Shown piece by piece: positions 43,408-52,500 of a stretch of DNA of 64,000 nt (positions are counted from its first letter, which is position 1; each line of letters opens with the position of its first letter). Made by a program: the position numbers and the translations under genes. This DNA is from an uncultured delta proteobacterium (GTDB lineage Bacteria > Myxococcota_A > UBA9160 > UBA4427), in the NCBI GenBank assembly GCA_963822965.1, contig CAWGJT010000005.1:448001-512000 (forward strand). Reading direction: 5' to 3'. The notes beneath the pieces are model-generated. The model ran no database searches, had not been told where the DNA came from, and saw nothing but the letters and a program-made list of their open reading frames with translations.

Positions 43408-43457
43408 TTTCAGACCTGTACGATTCCGGCCGTCAAGCAGACGAGAGGCGGGTTTCG

Positions 43458-43676
43458 ATGCTGGTATGCCACTGCAACGGAGTCTCCGATCGAACGGTAC
43501 GTCGCGTCGTTCGCGACGGCGCGCTGAGCGTCGCCGAGGTCGGTCGAGCGTGCGGCGCAGGAACCTGCTGCCGGGGCTGCAGCTCCACCATCGGTCGCAT
43601 CATCCGCGCCGAGTGCCACCGCCAGTCCAAGAGCAGCGAGCCCACCACCCTGGCGGTCGCGTCTTCGGCCTCCTGA
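43458..43676 (+). CDS. bfd: Bacterioferritin-associated ferredoxin
   Basis: MLVCHCNGVSD...GAGTCCRGC (CxC...CxxC); upstream of bfr. Confidence 0.92.
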   Translation: MLVCHCNGVSDRTVRRVVRDGALSVAEVGRACGAGTCCRGCSSTIGRIIRAECHRQSKSSEPTTLAVASSAS

Positions 43677-43731
43677 GCCTGTCATGTTCGGCCTCCTGAG
43701 CCTGTCTCCACCGGCCTCCTGACCTCCTGAG
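43664..43731. repeat. Direct repeats: TTCGGCCTCCTGAGCCTGTC x2 (period 23) plus two more CCTCCTGA cores
   Basis: Copies at 43664-43683 and 43687-43706; partial copies at 43712-43722 and 43723-43731. Confidence 0.85.
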
Positions 43732-43867
43732 GTCTCCACGCGCGTCCACCCTCCCTGGCGCATCGGCGCAGCCTGCGATTGCCGTCGACGCGACCGCGTG
43801 CAGAGGCCATCCTCGTGTGATCGCGGAGCCTTCCGCGCAACGCCGCACCACTTCGAGGAGCCACGTC

Positions 43868-44341
43868 ATGCAGGGAGATTCCGCCGTCGTCGAGGCGTTG
43901 AACGACGTCCTGACCGCCGAGCTCACCGCCATCAACCAGTACTTCATCCACCACAAGATGTGCGAGAACTGGGGCTACGAGAAGCTCTCGCACAAGAAGC
44001 GCGAAGAGTCGATCGAAGAGATGAAGCACGCCGACGACGTGATCGAGCGCATCCTCTTCCTCGACGGCGTGCCGAACATGCAGCGGCTCTCGGCCGTCTC
44101 CGTGGGCGAAGATCCCATCGAGCAGCACCGTCTCGACCTCGATCTCGAGCTCGAGGCGGTGAAGCGCCTGAACGCGGCCATCGCCCTGGCGCGCGAGAAG
44201 GCCGACAACGGCACGCGCGAGCTGCTGGAGAACATCCTCGTCGACGAGGAGGAGTCGGTCGACTGGCTCGAGGCCCAGCTCCACCTGGTGCAGGAGGTGG
44301 GCAAGGAGCGCTACCTCGCGGAGATGATCCACGAGGGCTGA
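43868..44341 (+). CDS. bfr: Bacterioferritin
   Basis: MQGDSAVVEALNDVLTAELTAINQYFIH, ESIEEMKHAD, ERILFLDGVPN, heme Met52 context; GAGGAG SD. Confidence 0.96.
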   Translation: MQGDSAVVEALNDVLTAELTAINQYFIHHKMCENWGYEKLSHKKREESIEEMKHADDVIERILFLDGVPNMQRLSAVSVGEDPIEQHRLDLDLELEAVKRLNAAIALAREKADNGTRELLENILVDEEESVDWLEAQLHLVQEVGKERYLAEMIHEG

Positions 44342-44367
44342 CCGGTGGGCCCGGCGCCGCGGCCCCG

Positions 44368-45141
44368 TCACAGCATGTGCGAGTTGACCGAGATGCCGCC
44401 GTCCACCCAGAGGGCGTGACCGGTCACGAAGCTCGAGCGATCCGAAGCCAGGAAGACCACGGCGTCCGCGATCTCCTCCGGCCGGCCCAGCCGACGCATG
44501 GCGTGGGTGGCGACGGTCTTCTCGCGAATCTCGGGGTAGTGCTCGAAGTAGCGCTTGATGGCGTCGGTCTCGATACCGCCGGGACAGATCGAGTTGACCC
44601 GGATGCCGCGGGTCGCATACTCGGCGGCCGCCGTCTTGGTGAGCGCCTCGACGCCGCCCTTGGCGGCCGAGTAAGCCGCCAGAAAGACCTCGCCCTGAAT
44701 GCCCGACGGCGAGCTGATGTTGACGATCGAGCCGCCGCCCGTCTCGAGCATGCCGCGCACCTCGTGCTTCACGCAGAAGAAGGTGCCGGTGAGGGTCACC
44801 TCGATGCCCGAGCGAAAGTCCTTCGCGCTCACCTGCTCCAGGGGTCCGAACGCCCGGCTGCCGCCCATGGCGTTGTTGCATGCCCAGTCGAGCCCGCCGC
44901 CGGCCGCACGGGCATGGGCCACCATCGCCTCCACGTCCGATTCGCTGGCGATGTCCGTGCGCAGGAACTCGGCTCGCCCGCCGGCGGCGCGGATCTCCTC
45001 GACGCAGTCGCGCCCGCCCGCCTCGTCGATGTCGCACACCAGTACGAACGAGCCCTCCTCGGCGGTGCGCCGGGCGACGGCGCGCCCGATGCCGTTGGCC
45101 GCGCCGGTGACGATCCCGCTCCTGCCTTCCAGCTCTGCCAA
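44368..45141 (-). CDS. Short-chain dehydrogenase/reductase
   Basis: TGAANGIG, NNA, YSAAK, IRVNSICPG. Confidence 0.9.
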   Translation of the reverse strand: MAELEGRSGIVTGAANGIGRAVARRTAEEGSFVLVCDIDEAGGRDCVEEIRAAGGRAEFLRTDIASESDVEAMVAHARAAGGGLDWACNNAMGGSRAFGPLEQVSAKDFRSGIEVTLTGTFFCVKHEVRGMLETGGGSIVNISSPSGIQGEVFLAAYSAAKGGVEALTKTAAAEYATRGIRVNSICPGGIETDAIKRYFEHYPEIREKTVATHAMRRLGRPEEIADAVVFLASDRSSFVTGHALWVDGGISVNSHML

Positions 45142-45188
45142 GTCGATCGCTCCCGTGGGCCCTTCGCGGGGCCCTTCGCATGCGCCTT

Positions 45189-46289
45189 TCAGGGGCGGAA
45201 GGACGCCCGGCCCAGCCGATCTCCGTCGAAGGTGCCGACGAAGATCTGGTCCCCCACCTCGAGGGCGACGGTGCCCGCGCCCTGGGCGGTGGCGGGATGC
45301 TCGAGGATGGTGCGCACGTCGAGCGTGACCGGGTCGACGAGCACCACCGAGAAGGGCAGCGCGCACGTCCCCTGCGGCACGCCGTCGCATCCCAGCACGT
45401 CGCCGATGCGGCCCACCTGCCCGGTGACGAGCAGGCGACCGTCCCGGGTCCACGTGATGTTGTCCGGCCGGTGGGGCAGCACGACCTCGTCGCGCTGCAC
45501 GGCCCCGTCGTCCCGCAGGCGCAGGCGGACCAGGCGGGAGCCGGTCCACTCCGCGAAGTAGATCTCCCGTCCGTTCGGCGTCGCCACCACGCCGTTGGGT
45601 CCGCGGCCCCCGCTGCTGGGAACCTCGCGGAACCCCGAAGCGGGCGACCACTCGAGAACGCGACCGGTGTCGAGGCCCGCGACGAGCTTCACCAGGGAGA
45701 GCGCGCCGGCCAGTCCGCCCTTGTCGAGCATCTGGGTCACCACGAAGCCGCCGTTCGCGAGCAGCGCGACGTCGTTGGGCCAGACCCCCTCCGGCAGGGG
45801 GACGCAGCCCTGCCACGAGAGCACCGGACCGCGGGCCGACTGTCCCACGGAGAAGAGCTCCACGGCCTCGCGACCCCCGTGGTTCACCGCGGCCAGACGG
45901 CGGGCGCGCAGGTCGACGTCGATGCCGTGGGGCGAGAAGCGCGCCGGGTCGGGTGGCCCCGGACAGTCCGCCGCGCCCGGGCCCGCTCCCCCGGCACTCC
46001 TCGCCTGGGAGTCGGGAAACAGCGGCAGCTTGCGGCCGTCGCTCACGCGGTAGGCGACGAGGGCACCCGGCTCGGCGTCGTTGCCCCCGTACTCGCTCAC
46101 CGCGATCCACCCCGCACCCGGCAGCGGCGCCAGGTCTTCCGGGTTGTGGAAGCCGCAGATGGGCGTGATCCCGTCGGCCGGCTCGCAGCCGGTGATGACC
46201 TTCGGCTCGACGCCGCAGCCCTGCAGCGCGAGCACCAGCAGCAGCCCCGCCGGCCCCGTCTTTCCTCCCAGGCTCGACCTCCGGGTCAT
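45189..46289 (-). CDS. SMP-30/gluconolactonase/paraoxonase-like beta-propeller lipoprotein
   Basis: Lipobox LQGC; NPEDL, FSPHGI, VNHGGREAVELF, WPNDV, GPNGV, PDNITW. Confidence 0.8.
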   Translation of the reverse strand: MTRRSSLGGKTGPAGLLLVLALQGCGVEPKVITGCEPADGITPICGFHNPEDLAPLPGAGWIAVSEYGGNDAEPGALVAYRVSDGRKLPLFPDSQARSAGGAGPGAADCPGPPDPARFSPHGIDVDLRARRLAAVNHGGREAVELFSVGQSARGPVLSWQGCVPLPEGVWPNDVALLANGGFVVTQMLDKGGLAGALSLVKLVAGLDTGRVLEWSPASGFREVPSSGGRGPNGVVATPNGREIYFAEWTGSRLVRLRLRDDGAVQRDEVVLPHRPDNITWTRDGRLLVTGQVGRIGDVLGCDGVPQGTCALPFSVVLVDPVTLDVRTILEHPATAQGAGTVALEVGDQIFVGTFDGDRLGRASFRP

Positions 46290-47749
46290 GCCCGGGCTCC
46301 CAGGGCTCTGCCGGGTCCATCGACGCGCCTCGAGCCCGCTCGCAAGCGCTCCCACAGAGCGACGCCCGCCTCGATCAGTCGTGTGGCCGCGTCGGGCTCG
46401 AAGGTCGACTGCAGGATCTCGTAGCGCTCCTCGGCCCGATCCGACGCGAAGTGGTCGGCGTGGGGCAGGTAGCGCAGCCAGCCGTTGGCGATCGACACGA
46501 CGGCGCCGGCCTCGCCCACCGCCCGGCGCCAGGCTCGGCCCACGTCCACCGTCACCTCGAACGGCAGGGCGAGCAGCCACAGGGGCCCGACCCGCAGGAC
46601 CTGTACCTCCACCTCGGGCACCAGGCCCGCGGCCATGCGCCGCGCCGTGGCGTCGCGCAGCAGCAGGCGCACCCGCGATGCGCGCGCACGCACCTCGTCC
46701 GCGGGAAGCCCGGCGGTCCGTTCCGCCAGCAGGCGGTACCACTCGCCCACACCGGGCTCCCGGTCGGGCGACAGCCCCAGCGCCGCGAGGGCCTCCCGCC
46801 GGCGCTGGGCGAGGGCCGCGTCGTGCTGGATCTCGCCCCGGCTCCCGGCGTGGATCGGTAGCGCGATGCGAACGCTCGCCGATGCGATCTCGACGTCCGA
46901 CCGGGTCTCGATCCCGCGCGCGGCGCGGGAAACAGCCTGGCCCACCTCCCCGCCGAGCGCGCGCATCTCGTCGGGGTCGACCCCGAGGCTCTGGTCGGCG
47001 ATCGCGAGATCGAGGATTCCCCGGGTTCGCGGGTCCACGTCGCCGTGGGCGCCGAGCGCGAAGATCGCGAGCGCGCCGGGCAGGGCCTCCTCGATGGTGG
47101 CGGACGCCTGACCGGGCCAGTCGGCCGAGAAGCACAGGTTGTCGTGCCCCAGGCTCGTCGGGTGACACCCGTGGATGTAGAGAACCGCCAGGGGCGAGCC
47201 GTCGGGGCGATCGATCCGGACGACGCGGGCGTCGGGCTCGACGGGACCGTTCTCGATCCGACGGTTCCGGCCGATGTCCACGGGGGCCGTGTCGATGCCG
47301 AGCCGCGCCGGCTGGGCCGACTCGAAGGCAGCGACCGCGGCATCGACCACCCGATCGAAGAGGGGCGCCACCTCGGCCGGCGTCGATCGGCCACCGAGCA
47401 CCGACAAGAGCCCCGTCTCGGGTCCCGAATGCGTGTGCGTGCAGCCGATCACGATCTGGCGCGGCACGAGGCCCGTGCGGGAGCGGATGCGCTCGCGAAG
47501 CTCGCGCGCCTGGGCGACCGCGATCAGGCACACGTCGATCTCGACGAGCAGGAGCGCACCGTCCTCCCGCGCGCCGCCTGCCAGGAACAGCGCGCGCCCG
47601 TACAGCGGATCGTGCCGGCCCGTCGCCGTCCCCCGTCGCGCTCCGTAGCCCATCATCGCCGTGCCGAGCGACGGATGCAGCTCCATGCGGCTCACACCCG
47701 CGCGCAGCGCTCCCTCGGACGATGTGGCGCGGACCCGCGCGTGCGACAT
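46286..47749 (-). CDS. Neutral/alkaline ceramidase-like hydrolase
   Basis: MMGYGAR, HDPLYGRAL, CTHTHSGP, GCHPT, SADWPG, GAHGDVDP, ANGWLRYLP. Confidence 0.75.
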   Translation of the reverse strand: MSHARVRATSSEGALRAGVSRMELHPSLGTAMMGYGARRGTATGRHDPLYGRALFLAGGAREDGALLLVEIDVCLIAVAQARELRERIRSRTGLVPRQIVIGCTHTHSGPETGLLSVLGGRSTPAEVAPLFDRVVDAAVAAFESAQPARLGIDTAPVDIGRNRRIENGPVEPDARVVRIDRPDGSPLAVLYIHGCHPTSLGHDNLCFSADWPGQASATIEEALPGALAIFALGAHGDVDPRTRGILDLAIADQSLGVDPDEMRALGGEVGQAVSRAARGIETRSDVEIASASVRIALPIHAGSRGEIQHDAALAQRRREALAALGLSPDREPGVGEWYRLLAERTAGLPADEVRARASRVRLLLRDATARRMAAGLVPEVEVQVLRVGPLWLLALPFEVTVDVGRAWRRAVGEAGAVVSIANGWLRYLPHADHFASDRAEERYEILQSTFEPDAATRLIEAGVALWERLRAGSRRVDGPGRALGARA

Positions 47750-47801
47750 GACGGACCTCCCCGGCTGCACGATGATAGACCCGATGGCACGAACCTCCGG
47801 C

Positions 47802-48317
47802 ATGAGAAGCGCAAACGAGACGGCTTTCTATTTTGCCTACGGGTCGAACATGAGCAGCGCGCGACTGTCGAGTCGCGTCGCTTCGGCCCGGGCGCAGGGC
47901 GTCGTGCACCTGCGCGGCTGGTGCCTGGCCTTCGACAAGCCGGGCCGCGACGGCACCGGCAAGGCGAATCTCGTGCGGGAGCCCGGCGCGCTCGTGTGGG
48001 GAGTCGCCTATACGCTCGACCCCGCCGAGTGGGAGATCCTCGACGGGTTCGAGCCCGGCTACCGGCGCTTCCCGGTTCGCTGCGAGCGCGCCGGCGGCGG
48101 GCCGCTTCCGGCGGTCACCTATCGATTCGAGCGATCCGAACGAGCGGCGCGGGACGAGGGTCGGGGGCGATCCGAACGCGGTCGGGCGGCGCCGCCGCCG
48201 GGCCCCAGCGCCGAGTACCTGGGCCACCTGGTCGCCGGTGCGCAGGAGCACGGTCTGCCCGCGGACTATCGCTCGCGTCTCGAAGGGCTGCTCGATGCGA
48301 TCGGCCCGCGAGCCTGA
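47802..48317 (+). CDS. Gamma-glutamylcyclotransferase family protein
   Basis: YFAYGSNM, GKANLV, VWGVAY, LDGFE, PSAEYL. Confidence 0.85.
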   Translation: MRSANETAFYFAYGSNMSSARLSSRVASARAQGVVHLRGWCLAFDKPGRDGTGKANLVREPGALVWGVAYTLDPAEWEILDGFEPGYRRFPVRCERAGGGPLPAVTYRFERSERAARDEGRGRSERGRAAPPPGPSAEYLGHLVAGAQEHGLPADYRSRLEGLLDAIGPRA

Positions 48318-48330
48318 GCGCGCGGGTCCG

Positions 48331-49479
48331 TCAGCGGATACGCTTTGCCAGCCGCACCAGGGCTTCGGCCACCCGATCCGGGGGGGCGGCCGTGTAGCAG
48401 AGACGCACCCAGCTCCCGTACGCCTCGCCTGACGAGGCCCCCGGCGCCACCAGCACGCCGTCCTCGAAGCAGTCGGCCAGGAAGCCTTGGAGACCCCGGT
48501 CGTCCAGGCGCGCGCTCACGTCCACGAAGAGGAAGGTCGATCCCCCGGGCGCGGGCAGGCCCAGCTCGAGCGCGGCGTGCTCCCCCGCCGCCCGATACTG
48601 CTCGCGTGCCGAAGCGATCCACGGGCCGCCGTCCCGCAGCGCGGCGAGCCCCGCGAGCTGACCGGCGGTGGGTGCGTGATAGAACGAGTGGGTGCCGATC
48701 TTGCGGGCCTCGTCCACTACCGCCCGGGGCCCGGTCAGGTAGCCCACCCGATTGCCCGCCATCCCGTAGGCCTTGGAGAACGAGTGCACCGCGATCGTCC
48801 GCTCGGGGGCCATCGGCGCCAGGGATGCGTGCGCTCCGCGATAGACGAAGTCCTCGTACACCTCGTCCGAGAGCAGCCATAGATCGTTCTCCCGGGCCAG
48901 GTCGGCCAACGCGGCCAGCCACGACTCCGGCAGCACCACGCCCGTCGGATTGGAGGGCGTCGAGACGTAGAGGGCCACCGTGCGCCCGCTCAGACGCGCG
49001 CGTACGGCTTCCCGAGCCGCCTCCGCGGAGTCCACCCGGTCGTAGAAGGGAACCTCGACCGGCACGCCGCGGAACGACTGCACGATGCCCCGGATGAGCG
49101 GCCAGAACGGCGCCAGGATCAGCACCTCCTCACCGGGCTCGACCAGCGCACCGATCACGGCCGCGAGGCCTCCCGTGGCGCCGCCGGTGACGAGCACCGA
49201 TTCGCGCTCCACCGCCAGCCCCTTGCGCTCCCGGATCCGCTCCACCAGCGCGTCCACGAGCGGGGGCAGACCGCGGGTATCGCAGTAGCGGTGCATGCCC
49301 GGGTGCTCCTCCACTCGCAGGTCCTGCATGCGACCGCCGGCGAAGGGCTCCATCCAGGTATCGCCCACGTGCAGGGGAAAGATCGGCCCGGGGTGCGTCG
49401 CGATCCGATCGGCGAAGGGCGAGTACACCGCGCCGGGCATCTTCGCGACGCTGGGCGCGGTATGCGGCGAACGAGGCAT
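48331..49479 (-). CDS. PLP-dependent aminotransferase class I/II
   Basis: PSNPTG, LLSDEVYE, HSFSKAYGMAGNRVGY. Confidence 0.92.
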   Translation of the reverse strand: MPRSPHTAPSVAKMPGAVYSPFADRIATHPGPIFPLHVGDTWMEPFAGGRMQDLRVEEHPGMHRYCDTRGLPPLVDALVERIRERKGLAVERESVLVTGGATGGLAAVIGALVEPGEEVLILAPFWPLIRGIVQSFRGVPVEVPFYDRVDSAEAAREAVRARLSGRTVALYVSTPSNPTGVVLPESWLAALADLARENDLWLLSDEVYEDFVYRGAHASLAPMAPERTIAVHSFSKAYGMAGNRVGYLTGPRAVVDEARKIGTHSFYHAPTAGQLAGLAALRDGGPWIASAREQYRAAGEHAALELGLPAPGGSTFLFVDVSARLDDRGLQGFLADCFEDGVLVAPGASSGEAYGSWVRLCYTAAPPDRVAEALVRLAKRIR

Positions 49480-49513
49480 GGGGCGGAAGCCTAGCCCCAA
49501 TGCGGCGAGGCGC

Positions 49514-52500
49514 TCAGGCCCGGAGGATCGCCTGCAGCCGGGTCGCCAGCTCGCGGGCGGACTGGATGCGATCCTCCGGCTTCTTGGCCATCAGGTGCAT
49601 GATGAGCTCCGCCATGGCAGCGGGCACGTCCACGTTGCGTTCGCGTGCGTCGGGCGGCGGCGTGTGCACGTGGTGGTAGACCACGTCGCCGGATTCGAAG
49701 GGAACCGTTCCGGTCACCAGCTCGAAGAGCGTACCGCCCAGGGCATAGAGGTCCGTGCGGTGGTCGACGTCGCCGCCCGTGGCCTGCTCCGGTGCCATGA
49801 AGTTGGGCGTGCCCCCGATCAAGGTCGATCCCCGCCGCACCTCCTCGACCATCTTGGCGAGGCCGAAGTCCATGATCTTCACGGTGCGGTCCCGGGTGAG
49901 GAAGAGGTTCGACGGCTTGATGTCCCGGTGGACGATCTTGCTGCGCTGGGCGTAGTCGAGCCCCGCCGCCACCTGCAGGCCCACCGTCGCCGCAGCGCGG
50001 GTGGGCAGGGGCCCGCGGCTCGCGAGCACCGACTCGAGACCGGAGCCTTCGAGGCACTCCATCGTCAGGAAGTAGGTGTCTCCCTCGCGACCGGCGTCGA
50101 ACAGGGTGACGATGTTCTGGTGGTTGAGCGCGGCGGCGGCGCGCGCCTCGCGAAGGAAGAGCTTCACCGCCTGGGGATGCTGGCGGAGGTTCTCGGGAAG
50201 CACCTTGAGGGCCACCACGCGCCCCAGGTTGCGGTCGCGTGCACGGAAGACCACGCCCATGCCGCCCCGTCCGAGCTCCTCGAGGAGCTCATAGCGGCTG
50301 TTCTCGTCGCCGATCCGAGCGCTCGTGGCGCTGTTCGCGAGCACCGTCGAGCTGTCCCGCGGTGAGGTCTCGACCTCCTGGGAGATGTGCTTCTTCAGGT
50401 CCTCGACCCGGGCGGAGACGTCGCCGAAGTGGACGTCCCGGCGGCGGATGCGCTCGTAGATGGTGAGCGCGTCCTGGGGGCGCGACGCCTGCTCGAGCAG
50501 CTCCGCGTAGGCCCGTTGCATGTCCAGGGGCGCGTTGTCGGGCCCCCAGATCTCCAGCGCCTCGGCGTACTTCTCCACCGCCAGGTCGATCTCGCCGCGG
50601 CGGGTGAGCAGGTCGGCCAGCAGGCGGCAGCCCTCGCTGTAGAAGCCGTGCCGGCTGTCGACCTGCTGCAGGCTGTGGATGGCCCGATCGATCTGGCCAT
50701 GCTCCGCCGCATACTTGCCGGCCTCGTAGACGTCGCCCAGGGCCTCCAGCATGGCGAGCGCCTTCTCGACGTCTCCCACCTCGCCGTAGCAGTCTGCGGC
50801 GCGCTGGTAGTCGTAGGCCGCCTCGTAGTTGCGGGCGGCGGCCGCCAGGTCGCCTTCCGCCTCGTAGGCCTCGCCCGCCCGGGCGTGCTCGCCCGCCTTC
50901 TCGAGCAGCTCTGCCGACAGCCCGGTCGCCGTGCTGCTGGAGTCGCCGCTGCGCAGCTTCACGGATTCGGCGTGCATGCCCGCGTTCTCGAGCACGCGGG
51001 CGGCTCCCTCGGTGTCTCCCTTGCGGCGCAGATGGAGCGCCCGCACGCGATCGGCCGATGCCGGGTCGCCGGCCTCCTGCAGCGCCGTCGCGGCGGCGGT
51101 GTAGTCGCCCTCGACGTACGGGCCCACCGCCTCTGTACAGCCGCTGAAGACGATGCCCTGCACATCGTCCATGTCCACGCGCAGGGTGACGGGCTTCGAC
51201 GAATCGAGCTCCAGGGGAACCTCGACCACCCGATCCGCCGCGCCGACCACCACCACGTGGCTTCCCGGCGCAGCGTAGACGTAGGCCTGACCGCCCGAGA
51301 CGAAGCGCAGCGACTGGGGATCCCCGCGGAGCGCGACGCGGGCCTGGTCGATCGAGCCGCCGGCGAGCTGCGGGACCACGGTGATGGCCGCCGTCTGGGT
51401 CCGCATGTCGAACTTGACCTCGACCGTGCGCCAGCGCCGCACCGAGACCGTCTTCTCCTCGAGGAACTCCCCGATCAGCTTGTCGGTGCCGAGATCGAGC
51501 AGCGGTCCGCGAACCGTGACGTAGTAGGGCTTGCGCCGCGCGGGCACCATGCCGAAGACCATGAAGGTGCCCTTCAGCCGTCGCTCGTTGCCGCGCACCG
51601 CCTGCAGCCGCTTCTCGAAGCGCCAGCTGGGCGCCGCGGACTGCTTCTTGTCCTCCTTGAACTTGCGCGGCCGCCGGGAGATCGAGATGGAGAAGAGCGC
51701 GCGGCCGTGCTGCGGAGCCCGCACGCGCACCACCACCCGCCCCCAGCCCCGGATCGCGGGGCGCAGCAGCAGGAGCGCGAGCAGGCCCCAGCCCACCAGC
51801 GCCTTCCGGTTCCAGGCCACGTACGCGCTGTCGGGTCCGGCCTCGACGCAGGCGCGGTTCGCGAGGAGCGAGACCTCCCCCTCGGCGCGGCCGCCGAGCT
51901 TGCGCAGCTCGAGCACGTAGTAGGGGCGCGACCCGCAGGCCGCGACGGCCCCGATGCTGCCCAGCGGGTGCAGGACGCGGCCGAGGAAGACGGCGTCCGT
52001 ATCCAGGCTGAGATTCACGAAGCTGATGAGCTCGGCGCTGCGCGAGACGTCCGCGTCGAAGCGACGCAGGTCGTCGAGCGACGCGCCCAGCATCTCCGGG
52101 GTCGAAGCGGGCGCGCCCACGAGGCTGTGCGAGCGGTCGATCGCCGCGAGCAGCCCGGTCTCGATGGCGGCGAGGTTCGGAGCCTTGGGGTGCAGCCACT
52201 CGACCAGGCGGTCTCGCCAGTGGTCGCCGGACCGGAGGCCGAGGAAGGCCACGCGGTCCCCGTATCCTTCGGGCGTCACGAAGCTCTGCAGGAGCGCGTC
52301 GAAGCTCTGACTGGTGGCCGCGCCCTGCTCGGCCGCCGACGTCCCGGCGCTCTCGCCCGAGACGAGGCGCACCACTTCCATCACCTCCTCGGCCCGTTCG
52401 CGATCGCCCCGGGCCAGGTAGGCGTCCGCCAGTGCCTGGCGCCCGTACATCGAGAGACGCCGCCTGAGCAGCGCGTGCTCCAGGGTCAGGATCGCGCCGT

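Noticed and set aside
43664..43731. bfd-bfr repeats as a mini-CRISPR array, or as ends of the MITE (they contain GAGCCTGT)
   Set aside because: There are no unique spacers and no cas genes. The match to the MITE end is only 8 bp, with no TNA flank and no partner inverted end.
49491..49504. 14-bp identity CTAGCCCCAATGCG shared with 33373-33386
   Set aside because: There is no similarity beyond 14 bp, and here it overlaps a probable -10 element. It cannot be distinguished from chance.
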